This document shows, piece by piece, positions 8,466 through 18,257 of a stretch of 64,000 nucleotides of DNA. Position 1 is the first letter of the stretch, and the number at the start of each line of letters is the position of its first letter. The notes beneath the pieces are model-generated. The model searched no databases and was not told where the DNA came from. It was given only the letters and a program-made list of their open reading frames with translations. The position numbers were made by a program, and so were the translations under genes. Source of the DNA: Parcubacteria group bacterium Gr01-1014_31 (GTDB lineage Bacteria > Patescibacteriota > Patescibacteriia > Buchananbacterales > GWA2-38-13); NCBI GenBank assembly GCA_007376135.1, contig VMFR01000003.1, forward strand, positions 75,660 through 139,659, read 5' to 3'.

Positions 8466-10193
8466 ATGGAGCAAACCTCTAAAACCTACGAATTGAAGAT
8501 CCATGGCATGCACTGCGCCAGCTGCGAGATCCTGGTGGAGCGGCGTTTCCAGAAAGTTTCCGGCGTGCAGCGCGTGCGGGCCAACTACGCCAGCGGCAAA
8601 GCGGTGGTGACCGCCGAGCAGGAACCCGACTTGGCCGCGCTGGAGAAAACGATCGCCGCGGAAGGCTACCGGGTGAGCCGCTGGGAAACAGCGGCACCGG
8701 CCGTCAACCCCGGCCGCGAGTGGCGGGAATTGGGCGGCGTCTTTCTCGTCGTGGTCGCGCTGTACCTGGTGCTGCGCCGCTTCGAATTCATCCCCGCGAG
8801 CATCGGCATCAGCGAGGGCATGAGCTACGGCGTCGTGTTCCTCATCGGGCTGGTCGCCGCCGTGTCATCCTGCATTGCCGTCACCGGCGGGCTGCTGTTG
8901 GCGGTGGCGGCCAAGTACAATGAGCAGCATCCGCACCTGAGCGGCGCACAGCGTTTCCGGCCGCACCTCTTCTTTAACGCCGGCCGCGTCGTGTCGTACA
9001 CACTGCTGGGCGGTGTGGTCGGGGCGCTCGGGTCTATGCTGACGTTCACGCCAGCAATGACCGGCTACCTGACCCTGGGTGTGAGCGTCGTGATGATCGC
9101 GCTCGGCCTGCAGCTGCTTAAGGTTTTCCCCTGGGCCGCGCGCTTGCAGGTCAAACCGCCGAAGTTTCTTGCGCATCGCATCCACGCCCTCTCCGACTCC
9201 GGGCATCCGGCCGGTCCGGCGCTGCTGGGCGCGGGCACGTTCTTTCTGCCGTGTGGATTCACCCAAGCGTTGCAGCTGTACGTGCTGTCGCAGGGCGACT
9301 GGCAGCGGGGCGCGCTGACGATGTTCATATTTTCGCTCGGCACGTTGCCCGCGCTCCTGTCGCTGGGCATCGTCTCCAGCTTCGCCCGCGGCGGTTTCCA
9401 GCGCTACTTCCTGAAATTCTCGGGCGCGGTGGTGCTGCTGTTGGGGTTGTGGAACATCAATAACGGCCTGACGCTGGCCGGCTTCAACGTCCAGATCCCG
9501 GGGTTCTCGGGCGTAGAAAAGGCCGTGGCAACTGTTCGTGAGGAGTGGACCGACCCGAACGTTACCTTCAACGGCAAAGAGCAGGTGGTGAAAATGGATG
9601 TCGTTTCGGCCGGCTACCGGCCCGCGCGATTCACCATCCGTCAGAACGTCCCGGTGCGCTGGGAGATCAATGGCATCAACACCTACGGCTGCCAGAGCGT
9701 CATCCTGATGCCAAAGCTGAACATCACGAAGTACGTGCAGCAGGGACCCAACGTGCTGGAGTTCACCCCCACTGCGGCGGGCGAGCTGCCATTTCATTGT
9801 TCGATGGGCATGTACCGCGGCAGTTTTACCGTGGTGCCGAATGCTGCCGCCCCTTCGGACGCGCCGCGGCCCGCTCCGTCCCAACCGGCGGCCTGCGACC
9901 CAACCATCTCAAACTGCCTGGAAGCGCAGCGTCTGCAGATGGAAATTTCCCGCGAGCGCGGGTTTTACCCCAACGACTTTACCGTGCGCAAGGGAGTGCC
10001 CGTCGAACTGGAGATCGACACCAAAGTTCCGATGGGCGGCTGTATGAGCGTGATGGTCATTCCGCGCTATAAGGTAGCCCACCGGCTGACGCTGGGAAAA
10101 TCCGTGGTACGATTTACTCCGACGGAAAGCGGCGTGATACCCTTTACGTGTAGTATGGGGTCCAAAATGGGCCAGTTCACGGTGCTCAATTGA
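8466..10193 (+). CDS. HMA domain - polytopic permease (DsbD_2/TauE-like) - tandem cupredoxin fusion protein, putative copper handling
   Basis: N-terminal GMHCASC heavy-metal-associated motif, 7-8 TM segments with Cys-containing helices (SSCIAVTGG, FLPCGFT), then two cupredoxin-like repeats (FHCSMGMYRG, FTCSMGSKMG). Confidence 0.75.
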   Translation: MEQTSKTYELKIHGMHCASCEILVERRFQKVSGVQRVRANYASGKAVVTAEQEPDLAALEKTIAAEGYRVSRWETAAPAVNPGREWRELGGVFLVVVALYLVLRRFEFIPASIGISEGMSYGVVFLIGLVAAVSSCIAVTGGLLLAVAAKYNEQHPHLSGAQRFRPHLFFNAGRVVSYTLLGGVVGALGSMLTFTPAMTGYLTLGVSVVMIALGLQLLKVFPWAARLQVKPPKFLAHRIHALSDSGHPAGPALLGAGTFFLPCGFTQALQLYVLSQGDWQRGALTMFIFSLGTLPALLSLGIVSSFARGGFQRYFLKFSGAVVLLLGLWNINNGLTLAGFNVQIPGFSGVEKAVATVREEWTDPNVTFNGKEQVVKMDVVSAGYRPARFTIRQNVPVRWEINGINTYGCQSVILMPKLNITKYVQQGPNVLEFTPTAAGELPFHCSMGMYRGSFTVVPNAAAPSDAPRPAPSQPAACDPTISNCLEAQRLQMEISRERGFYPNDFTVRKGVPVELEIDTKVPMGGCMSVMVIPRYKVAHRLTLGKSVVRFTPTESGVIPFTCSMGSKMGQFTVLN

Positions 10194-10200
10194 TAATGTT

Positions 10201-10437
10201 ATGGCAACAACTGCCTTGATGATTTCGGGCACGCATTGTGAGTCTTGCAAAGCGCTGTTGGAGGAAGTGTGCCGCGAGGTGCCGAACGTCCGTTCGTGCG
10301 CGGTGGATTACCGTACTGGCCGCACCGTGGTGGAACACGACGGCGACGTTGATTGGGCGGCGTTCGAGCGGGCGGTCAGCGAGCTGGGCTCGCTGTACCG
10401 GGTGGAACTGCCGCCAGCAGCCTCGGGCGTTAAGTAA
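10201..10437 (+). CDS. HMA-domain metallochaperone (CopZ-like)
   Basis: 78 aa with a GTHCESC metal-binding motif and ferredoxin-like fold pattern. Confidence 0.75.
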   Translation: MATTALMISGTHCESCKALLEEVCREVPNVRSCAVDYRTGRTVVEHDGDVDWAAFERAVSELGSLYRVELPPAASGVK

Positions 10438-10446
10438 TCTCTTGGT

Positions 10447-10482
10447 ATGAAGCAAACCACACTGAACATCGTCGGCATGCAC
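10447..10482 (+). pseudogene. truncated duplicate of the copA 5' end ([12 protein letters not shown]...)
   Basis: 36 nt encode [12 protein letters not shown], paralogous to the copA start [16 protein letters not shown], then break into the ccccgccatgcggcgggg hairpin; the mini-ORF stop overlaps the copA ATG. Confidence 0.4.
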
Positions 10483-10523
10483 CCCGCCATGCGGCGGGGC
10501 AGGCTGCGCGTATCTTTCTGCCT

Positions 10524-12710
10524 ATGAAGTCAACTACGTTAACGATCGTCGGCATGCATTGTGCCTCCTGTGTGCTGCGCAACGAACGGGCGTTGAAAAA
10601 ATTGCCCGGCGTTACCAGCGCCGTGGTCAACTTTGCCACGCATACCGCGACGGTGGATTACGATGAGACGAAGATCGGCGAACACCACATGGTGAAAGCT
10701 ATCACCGACAATGGCTACAAGGTCATGACGCACGAGATGGCCGAGCACCATCACGCCTCGGAGCAGGAGGAAGTCGCCCGCGTACGGACCCGTGCATTCT
10801 TTGCGCTCGCCTTGGCCGTGCCGACCGTGGTGCTGGCGATGGGCGATATCATGCTGCCGTGGGAAATCATTGGCATCAACGCCAGCATCTGGCTGCAGGC
10901 GGCGCTGAGCGCGGCAGTCATCCTCGGGTTCGGCGCGGAGTTCCACCTTGGCATGCTCAAGCAGGCGCGCCATGGTACGGCGGATATGGATACGCTCATT
11001 TCCATCGGTACGCTGGCGGCCCTGGGGTTCAGCCTGTGGGCGATGGCCGTCGGCGAGCCCCATCGTTACTTCGAGACCGGTGCGGCTATCGCCGCGCTCA
11101 TCCTGCTGGGCCGCTATTTTGAGGCCAAAAGCCGCGGCCGGGCGTCCGCCGCGATAGAAAAATTGATGCAGCTGGGGGCAAAAACGGCACGCCTGGTCAG
11201 CGGCGGTAAAGAGAAAGAAATTCCCATTGAAGAGGTGGCGGTCGGCAACGTCCTGTTGGTCAAGCCCGGAGAGAAGATGCCGGTGGACGGCGCGGTCGTC
11301 GCGGGTGAATCCAGTGTGGACGAATCCATGCTGACCGGGGAGAGCATGCCGGTCAGCAAACGCGTCGGCGATACCGTCTTTGGCGCCACCATCAACATCA
11401 ACGGCGCCATCCAGCTCAAGGCGACGAAGGTCGGGAAGGACACGGTGTTGTCCCAGATCGTCAAGATGGTCGCCGATGCCCAGGCCAAGAAAGCCCCCAT
11501 CCAGAAACTGGTGGACCGAATCTCAGGCGTGTTCGTGCCGGTCGTGCTGGTGATCGCGCTCCTGACGGCCGCCATCTGGCTGTTGGTGACCGGCGATATT
11601 GCCGCCAGCGTCATTCCTGCCGTCGCGGTGTTGGTCATCGCCTGCCCGTGCGCGCTGGGGCTGGCGACGCCGACCGCCATCCTCGTGGGTACCGGTGTGG
11701 GCGCGAATCGCGGCATCCTAATTAAGAACGGCGAAGCGCTGGAGAAAGGCAAACATATCGATGTGGTCATCTTTGATAAGACCGGCACGCTGACGGAAGG
11801 CAAGCCGCGGGTCACCGATATCGCGCCGCTCGGCGACGGGGTCAGCGCCGATGAGCTGCTTGCCGGTGCGGCGGCGGTGGAACGATTGTCCGAACACCCG
11901 CTGGCAGCGGCGGTCGCTGCCGCCGCGGAGGAGCGCGGGCTGCCGCGGGAGGAAGCGCGTGAATTCACCGCGGTGCCCGGCAAAGGCGTGCGCGCGACCG
12001 TCGGGAGCGAGGTATGGCTGGTCGGCAACGCGCGTTTCCTGGAAGCATCGGGTATTGCCACCGCATCCGCTCGCGATGCCATCGCTGCGCTTGAAGCGCA
12101 GGCAAAAACGGTCGTTGCGGTCGCCCGCGGTTCGCGGCTGATGGGGGCCATCGCCATTGCCGACACCTTGAAACCCGACGCGCCCGAAGCGGTGAAGCGG
12201 CTGGCCGCCCGCGGCATCACTTCCATTATGTTGACCGGCGACAACCGCCGCACGGCGGAGGCCATCGGCAAGCAGGTCGGGATCTCCGCGCTGCTGGCGG
12301 AAGTTTTGCCGCAGGACAAGGCCGCTAAGGTGTCGCTGCTCCAGCAGGAGGGCAAGGCCGTAGCGTTCGTCGGCGACGGCATCAACGACGCGCCCGCTCT
12401 GGCGCAGGCCAACCTCGGCGTCGCGATCGGGACCGGCACCGATATTGCCATTGAAGCCGGCGACATCGTGCTGATCAAAGGCAGCCCGCTCAAGGTAGTG
12501 GAGGCGATCGCGCTGTCGCAGCTGACCTTCCGCACCATCGTCCAGAACCTGTTCTGGGCGTTCGGCTACAACGTCGCGGCGATTCCCTTGGCGGCGCTGG
12601 GCTGGCTCAACCCGATGATCGCGGCCGGCGCGATGGCGCTTTCCAGCATCAGCGTAGTCGGGAATAGCTTGCGCATCCGTCACCGTACGGCCGGCTGGGG
12701 GGAGAAGTAG
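10524..12710 (+). CDS. copA: copper-translocating P1B-type ATPase
   Basis: N-terminal HMA (GMHCASC), CPC motif ([11 protein letters not shown]), DKTGT phosphorylation site and GDGINDAP hinge. Confidence 0.93.
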   Translation: MKSTTLTIVGMHCASCVLRNERALKKLPGVTSAVVNFATHTATVDYDETKIGEHHMVKAITDNGYKVMTHEMAEHHHASEQEEVARVRTRAFFALALAVPTVVLAMGDIMLPWEIIGINASIWLQAALSAAVILGFGAEFHLGMLKQARHGTADMDTLISIGTLAALGFSLWAMAVGEPHRYFETGAAIAALILLGRYFEAKSRGRASAAIEKLMQLGAKTARLVSGGKEKEIPIEEVAVGNVLLVKPGEKMPVDGAVVAGESSVDESMLTGESMPVSKRVGDTVFGATININGAIQLKATKVGKDTVLSQIVKMVADAQAKKAPIQKLVDRISGVFVPVVLVIALLTAAIWLLVTGDIAASVIPAVAVLVIACPCALGLATPTAILVGTGVGANRGILIKNGEALEKGKHIDVVIFDKTGTLTEGKPRVTDIAPLGDGVSADELLAGAAAVERLSEHPLAAAVAAAAEERGLPREEAREFTAVPGKGVRATVGSEVWLVGNARFLEASGIATASARDAIAALEAQAKTVVAVARGSRLMGAIAIADTLKPDAPEAVKRLAARGITSIMLTGDNRRTAEAIGKQVGISALLAEVLPQDKAAKVSLLQQEGKAVAFVGDGINDAPALAQANLGVAIGTGTDIAIEAGDIVLIKGSPLKVVEAIALSQLTFRTIVQNLFWAFGYNVAAIPLAALGWLNPMIAAGAMALSSISVVGNSLRIRHRTAGWGEK

Positions 12711-12723
12711 CATCGGTACATAA

Positions 12724-12757
12724 GATCGGGGCGCACGTTGCGCCCCGATCTTTTTAT
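12724..12757 (+). terminator. intrinsic terminator after copA
   Basis: gatcggggcgcacgttgcgccccgatc hairpin plus ttttta. Confidence 0.6.
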
Positions 12758-12770
12758 CTGCGGGAACCGT

Positions 12771-12786
12771 TACGGCTGTTCCTTGA
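12771..12786 (+). repeat. 16-nt direct repeat, left copy (tacggctgttccttga)
   Basis: Identical 16-mer recurs at 13474-13489, where it encodes the last codons of murA on the other strand. Confidence 0.4.
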
Positions 12787-12979
12787 CATTTTTTTAAAAA
12801 CAGTGTTACGTTGGCCGTAGTTCGTCCAGTCGTTTCTCCCAGACCTTTGACAACGGAAAGGAGGTGCACTTCGCACGATGTTCGTGCGTTTGGTCCCGTC
12901 GTTGTTCGGTGTTTTGTTTGTCGTACGGTGTCTGTTACCCGTTGCCGGCTCTTGATGAGCCACAACAGAAGGAGATGTC

Positions 12980-13231
12980 ATGGGAACGACGAAAGATTGT
13001 CCCGATTGCGGTGACACCGGCAAGTGTCAGCGTTGCGACGGTACGGGCGACCTCTCAGATGTCATCACCGATATAGTGGAAGGCATCTTGACGATGGGAA
13101 ACGAGATGGGGCATGAGTGTCCTGATTGCGACGGCAAGGGCGAATGCCCAACCTGCGATGGCTCGGGCGAGGTAGAAGACGACGATGATGAGGAAGATGA
13201 TGACGGCGAAAACGGCGACGAAGAAGTCTAA
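12980..13231 (+). CDS. small Cys-rich protein with four CxxCxGxG(x)C motifs and an acidic tail
   Basis: 83 aa: CPDCGDTGKCQRCDGTGD ... CPDCDGKGECPTCDGSGE (DnaJ CR-type-like zinc-binding repeats), then a D/E-rich C-terminus; AAGGAG RBS 7 nt upstream; low-GC context. Confidence 0.6.
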   Translation: MGTTKDCPDCGDTGKCQRCDGTGDLSDVITDIVEGILTMGNEMGHECPDCDGKGECPTCDGSGEVEDDDDEEDDDGENGDEEV

Positions 13232-13472
13232 AATAGTTAGTACCTTATACATAAGGGCTTAAAAGCCCGTTGACAGAAGAATTTTACGCCGCAAGGCGTG
13301 GAATGAACCGGATATAGCCTGCGGCCAGCGCTTATGCGCAGGTCATTCGAATAACTGCGAAATCAACCCGCACCCTCGTTGGTGTGGATCAATAAAATTG
13401 TTTGTCATTGCGAACTCGAGTTCGGGCCCGCTGTTCAGATGTGAACGGCGGGCTTTCCTTTTTTGGAGTGCC

Positions 13473-14771
13473 CTACGGCTGTTCCTTGATGTCGGCGCCC
13501 AGTTTCCGTAACCGCGCGGAGAGGTGCTCGTAGCCGCGGTCGATGGAGTAGGTACCCCGCAACACGGACGCCCCCTTGGCGGCCAGCATCCCGATGACCA
13601 GAATGGTGGCGGGACGCAGTGCCGGCGGGCACATGATCTCGGCGCCCTTGAGCGGCGTTGGCCCGGTGATGAACACGCGATGCGGGTCGGCCAGGTGAAT
13701 GGTCGCGCCGAGCTTGGCGAACTCCATATAGTAGATGGCGCGGTTCTCGAAGACCCAGTCATGGATGAGGGTGGTGCCGTGCGCCTGCGAGGCGATGGGC
13801 ACGAAGAACGGCAGGTTATCGATGCCCAGCCCCGGGAACGGCCGGCCGTAGATCTTGTCATCCAGCGCGGTCAGTTTGCCCGGCTTGGTGCGCAGGTCCA
13901 CCAGGGTGAAATTCCCCGAAGCCGAGCGGTAACGCCGCAGCACGCGGCAGGAAAACCCCATCTTTTCCAGCTTCAGCAGCTCCAGTTTCAGGAAATCCTC
14001 CGGACAGCCGATGATGGTGAGCGGCGATTTGGTGGTCGCCGACAGCGACAGCCAAAAGATCGCTTCGGTCGGGTCCGGGATGAGATGGTAGCGCGTCCCG
14101 TACAGCTTGCTTACGCCGGTGACCACCAAGGTCGTGGTGCCGATACCATCGATCTTGGCGCCCATCGCGGTCAGCAGGTGGCAGAGATCCTGGACCTGGT
14201 AGTTGGCCGATGCGAGCGTGATGGTCGTCACGCCGCGGGCCAATACCGCCGCAAACAACGCGTTCTCGGTCGGGGTATCGCCCGATTCGTACATTGTGAT
14301 GTCGGCGCCCCGCACGACTGCTCCCCGCTGGACCTGGTAAGCGAAGTGGGTGGTTTTGATGCGTACGCCGAATTTTTCCAGGGCGTAGAAGTGCGGCAAC
14401 ACGGTACGGCGTCCCAGCTGGCAGCCGCCGGAGCGGGGGATGCCAAAGTGGCCGGTGCGGTGCAAGAGCGATCCCAGCAGGAGCAGCACCGAACGGGTGC
14501 GGACCGCCGCCACGGCGTCGATGCGGGTCAGCTGTAGCCGGGCAGGAGCGATCAGTTCCAGGTCGCGGCCGCGCCAGCGCACCTTCACGCCGATGGACGA
14601 CAGGACTTTGGCCATGCTGTCCACTTCAGCGATGCGGGGCGCCATCTTGATGACCAACGGATCGGTCGTCAGCAGGGCGGCGCACATTGCCGACACCGCC
14701 GAGTTCTTGGCCGCGCGCACGTCCGCCGTGCCCGACAGCCGTTTGCCGCCGTTGATGAAGTAGGTTGCCAT
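13473..14771 (-). CDS. murA: UDP-N-acetylglucosamine 1-carboxyvinyltransferase
   Basis: Full-length MurA (432 aa) with conserved motifs throughout (e.g. GAxxxGCxxLG region). Confidence 0.93.
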   Translation of the reverse strand: MATYFINGGKRLSGTADVRAAKNSAVSAMCAALLTTDPLVIKMAPRIAEVDSMAKVLSSIGVKVRWRGRDLELIAPARLQLTRIDAVAAVRTRSVLLLLGSLLHRTGHFGIPRSGGCQLGRRTVLPHFYALEKFGVRIKTTHFAYQVQRGAVVRGADITMYESGDTPTENALFAAVLARGVTTITLASANYQVQDLCHLLTAMGAKIDGIGTTTLVVTGVSKLYGTRYHLIPDPTEAIFWLSLSATTKSPLTIIGCPEDFLKLELLKLEKMGFSCRVLRRYRSASGNFTLVDLRTKPGKLTALDDKIYGRPFPGLGIDNLPFFVPIASQAHGTTLIHDWVFENRAIYYMEFAKLGATIHLADPHRVFITGPTPLKGAEIMCPPALRPATILVIGMLAAKGASVLRGTYSIDRGYEHLSARLRKLGADIKEQP

Positions 14772-14858
14772 GTCGTAGGGAGGTAGCTGGTAGTAGGTAG
14801 TCTGTAGAATTAGTGCTCCGCCTTCTATTCTACAAGCTACTCCCTACAAGCTACAAGC

Positions 14859-16189
14859 TTATTTCAGGTAGCTGAACGGGTTTCGGCGGTAGCCGCCGGC
14901 TCGGACCTCGAAGTGCACATGCGGTCCGGTGCTGCGGCCGGTCGACCCGACCGCGGCAATGGCCTGGCCGCGGGTCACCTCATCGCCGACCTGCACGTAG
15001 AGTTTGCTGTTATGGCCGTAGAGTGTCTGCGAACCGTCGGCGTGCTGGATGACGACCATGATGCCGTAGCCGCCGTTCCAGCCGCCCTGCGCCTTGATGA
15101 TGCGGCCGTCATCGGCGGCGTACACCGCCGTGCCGGTGGGGCAGGCGATGTCCACGCCCGTATGCCGCCACCCGAAGTACTGGGTGATGCGGCGGCAGGT
15201 TGCCGGCCAACCGAGCTTCCCGCTGCCGGTGATGGTCGGGGTGCTCGCGGCCGGCCGCCGCAGCGCATAGGTGGGCGTGGGCCGAGGCTTGGCGCCGCCC
15301 GGCACCAGCAGCAATTCTCCCACCTGGAGATCATTGGCCGAGGCCAGTTTGTTGGCGCTGATGATGGCATCGGCATCCACGCCGTAGCGCGTGGCGATCT
15401 TGCCCACGGTTTCCCCTCGCGCGACCTTGTGCCGGACGCCCGAAATGGGGAGGATGGTCAGTTTTTGGCCGGGACGGATGATCGAGTAGGCCGTCAGACT
15501 GTTCTCCCACAGGATGGTATTGATGCTGATGCTAAACCGCGCCGATACGCCCGAGATGGTGTCGCCCTCCTGCACGGTGTAGACCATGATGTCGTTGCGC
15601 GGCGCGCCCGGGGCCAGATCCTCGGCCGCGGTGCCATCCGTGGGCAAACGCAGCGGTTTGATCACCGCGCTCCCGCCCATCGTGGTCGGCGGAGAAAGCT
15701 CCTGGTCGGCGGCGGCGGCATCCAGCCGGGTTCCCGGGGCAACGGCCGATTGGCTCAGGTAGCGCCGGACCACGGGCGTCGCCGGCGGATGTACCTCCTC
15801 CAGGTCGTCGTAGGTCGTGTCGCGGCTCAAGCCGGTGAAGACGTTGGCGTAGGTGAGTTCGTCGCGCTTCACTTCGTAGGCGTTGAGGTTGGCGGTCACC
15901 ACCGTCAGCGCGATGCCGATGAAGGTGACGTGAAATACGTAGCGCCGCGTGAACAGGTGCAAGATGCGGCTGCGCTGTTCCAGCGGCGCATAGAATTTCA
16001 GCAGTCCGCGCTTCAGCGCCAGCAGCACCCCGAAGAGCGGGAGCAGCAGGGTGAAGAACGCACGGCCGATGGCGCGCACCGTCGCGCCCGTGAAGCGGGC
16101 AAGCGGCAAAAACAGCTTCAAGACGCCGACGGCCACCCGCATTGTGGTGGCCAGCAATTTCACCAGGATTTTTTTCAGGAGGCTTCTCA
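14859..16189 (-). CDS. M23-family peptidase with LysM domains
   Basis: N-terminal TM; two LysM repeats (YTVQEGDTISGVSARF, VARGETVGKIATRYGV); C-terminal M23 motifs (HxxxD, GSTGRSTGPHVHFE). The ORF stays open to 16385, but the extra 5' part is AT-rich and holds a divergent consensus promoter, so the start is more likely at MRSLLKK. Confidence 0.85.
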
Positions 16190-16333
16190 TCACTTCATCA
16201 TTGAGGCTAGCAGAGAGGAGGGGCTTGGTCAACGCAACGAGGAAGTCATTTTTTGGCTCTGTCAATAGGTTTTTCAGGTTTTTGGATGATTTATACTCTT
16301 GATTGAGCCAAAAAGGTTGTTGATATTTACTAT

Positions 16334-16362
16334 TGACAAAAGTTAATATACTTGGTATAATA
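16334..16362 (+). promoter_or_regulatory. consensus sigma70 promoter (TTGACA-17-TATAAT)
   Basis: Exact -35 and -10 hexamers with a 17-nt spacer. Confidence 0.5.
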
Positions 16363-16455
16363 CTTTTTATACTGAACCTTGCCATTAAGTACCGTTACCA
16401 GATCGTGGTGGTCTGGTGGTATGTCGTTTGTGTCCTTTTTTGAGGAGAGTGTCCA

Positions 16456-16668
16456 ATGAGGCACCAACAGTCATGCGCCGTCATGGAGCAGCCGGTCGTC
16501 GCGGAAGCCGTCGTCGTGAGCTTCCCCCAGTCCCCGCACGTGGGAACTCCGCGCGAGCCCGACCGCAGGGTCGAGTACCGCGCTGACGGGGTCCGTGGCT
16601 GCTACGTCGCGCGGTTGCCGCGCTACCGCAGTTCCGGCCACAGCCGGTTCCACGGTCGGCGGAACTAG
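16456..16668 (+). CDS. hypothetical small protein (70 aa), tentative
   Basis: GGAGAG RBS 6 nt upstream of the ATG; lies between the consensus promoter and an intrinsic terminator (16706-16750); no homology recognised. Confidence 0.25.
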   Translation: MRHQQSCAVMEQPVVAEAVVVSFPQSPHVGTPREPDRRVEYRADGVRGCYVARLPRYRSSGHSRFHGRRN

Positions 16669-16705
16669 TTCCGCCTTCGGCACCTCTCTCCCATCTCATT
16701 CCGAC

Positions 16706-16750
16706 GGCCCCGGCACGCTCTGCGCGCCGGGGCTTTCATTTCGCTTTTTT
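16706..16750 (+). terminator. intrinsic terminator
   Basis: ggccccggc-acgctctgcgc-gccggggc hairpin followed by tttcatttcgctttttt. Confidence 0.55.
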
Positions 16751-16794
16751 GGCTTGGTTTCCGAGTAGCGCTGGGGTAGAATGTTCCCGTACCT

Positions 16795-17832
16795 ATGGAT
16801 CCGCTACTGCTCGGTATTTTCGTGCTCCTAGTGGCGTTGCTCGCCGCGGTCGGCTTTCTGGTCGTTCGGCTGCGTCGGCCCGTTGTTCCCGACCAGTCCA
16901 TGCTGATGCTGCAGCAGCAGCTGGCGGAACTGCGGCAATCGGTGGACGGCAGACTCACTGAATCCACGCGCGTCTTGCAGCAGCAGTTCGGTGAAAGCAC
17001 CCGCATTGTGCGCGACGTCACTGACCGGCTGGCCAAGCTGGATGAGACCAACCGCCAGGTGGTGTCGTTTGCCGACCAGCTTAACCGGCTGCAGGACATT
17101 TTGAAAAATCCCAAGCAGCGGGGGGTATTTGGCGAGTACTACCTGGAGCAGTTGCTGGCGAAGGCCTTCCAGCCCACCCAGTACCAGATGCAGTACAAAT
17201 TCAAGGACGGCCTCATCGTGGATGCCGCGCTGTTCTTCGGCGACAAGATAATTCCCATCGACTCCAAGTTCTCGCTGGAGAACTACAACCGCATCACCGA
17301 GGAGCGCGATACGATGGAACGCGAAAAATTGGAAAAACTTTTTAAACAGGACCTGAAGAACCGCATTGACGAAACGGCCAAGTACATTCGTCCGGCCGAG
17401 GGCACGATGGAGTTCGCCTTCATGTTCATCCCGGCCGAAGGGATATTCTACGACCTGCTGGTCAACAAGGTCGGCGCCATCAAGGTCAACACGCGCGACC
17501 TGCTGGACTACGCCGTGCACGAAAAGCGGGTCCACATCGTGTCGCCGACCACGTTCTACGTGACGCTGCAATCCCTGATGGTCGGCATGCGGGCGTTCGC
17601 CATCCAGGAATCCACCAAGCAGATCATCAAGAACGTCGGGGTGCTGGGCTCCCATCTGCGCGCCTACGAGGATTACTTTCGCAAGGTCGGCGGCCATCTG
17701 GGCACGACCGTGAACGCCTACAACGCCGCCGCCAAGGAACTCGGGAAGATCGATAAAGACGTCGTGAAGCTGGCCGGCGGGGAAGCCACAATCGACCCGT
17801 TGCTTATCGACCGGCCGCAGGAGCAGGAGTGA
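16795..17832 (+). CDS. rmuC: DNA recombination protein RmuC
   Basis: N-terminal TM, long coiled coil and the RmuC C-terminal region (GEYYLEQLL, IDSKF). Confidence 0.85.
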   Translation: MDPLLLGIFVLLVALLAAVGFLVVRLRRPVVPDQSMLMLQQQLAELRQSVDGRLTESTRVLQQQFGESTRIVRDVTDRLAKLDETNRQVVSFADQLNRLQDILKNPKQRGVFGEYYLEQLLAKAFQPTQYQMQYKFKDGLIVDAALFFGDKIIPIDSKFSLENYNRITEERDTMEREKLEKLFKQDLKNRIDETAKYIRPAEGTMEFAFMFIPAEGIFYDLLVNKVGAIKVNTRDLLDYAVHEKRVHIVSPTTFYVTLQSLMVGMRAFAIQESTKQIIKNVGVLGSHLRAYEDYFRKVGGHLGTTVNAYNAAAKELGKIDKDVVKLAGGEATIDPLLIDRPQEQE

Positions 17833-18209
17833 GTATGCCGCGCCGCTACTTCGCCTTCCGCTACTTTTTCCCGACCTACCTGTATCTCGGGTTGGTGGTG
17901 CTGCTACTGGGCGTATGGCCGCGATTGGATTCGGTGTGGTTTGATGTGCCGTTCTGGTACTCGCTGGTGGAGGTCGCGTACGCCGTGGGTCTCATAATGT
18001 TTTTCGCCATCATGTTTGTGATACCCGTGCATCTGGTGTTTGGCTGGGTGGACCGGAGCGGGTTTCCCACGGAACCGGCTCCGGCGGTGGCCGTGGTTGC
18101 GCTCGGCGCACTGATCGTGCTGGCAAATTATGCCGCTGTGGCGTTCCTTGCGCGGCGCCGCGCCGCGCGGCGCATGCCGGGCTGGCCGGCCAAGTGGCCG
18201 ACGGTCTGA
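17829..18209 (+). CDS. hypothetical membrane protein
   Basis: 126 aa with 3 predicted TM helices; 4-nt overlap with rmuC. Confidence 0.4.
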   Translation: MSMPRRYFAFRYFFPTYLYLGLVVLLLGVWPRLDSVWFDVPFWYSLVEVAYAVGLIMFFAIMFVIPVHLVFGWVDRSGFPTEPAPAVAVVALGALIVLANYAAVAFLARRRAARRMPGWPAKWPTV

Positions 18210-18257
18210 TAAGAACGTTCGGCGTCCTGCCACAGCAGAATGAATAGGTAGGGAACG

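Noticed and set aside
14772-14858. Short tandem ctacaagc x3 and gtagggag/ctccctac inverted repeat between murA and the M23 peptidase gene
   Set aside because: Too short and irregular to call a repeat element. Probably an ordinary terminator or UTR hairpin in the convergent intergenic region.
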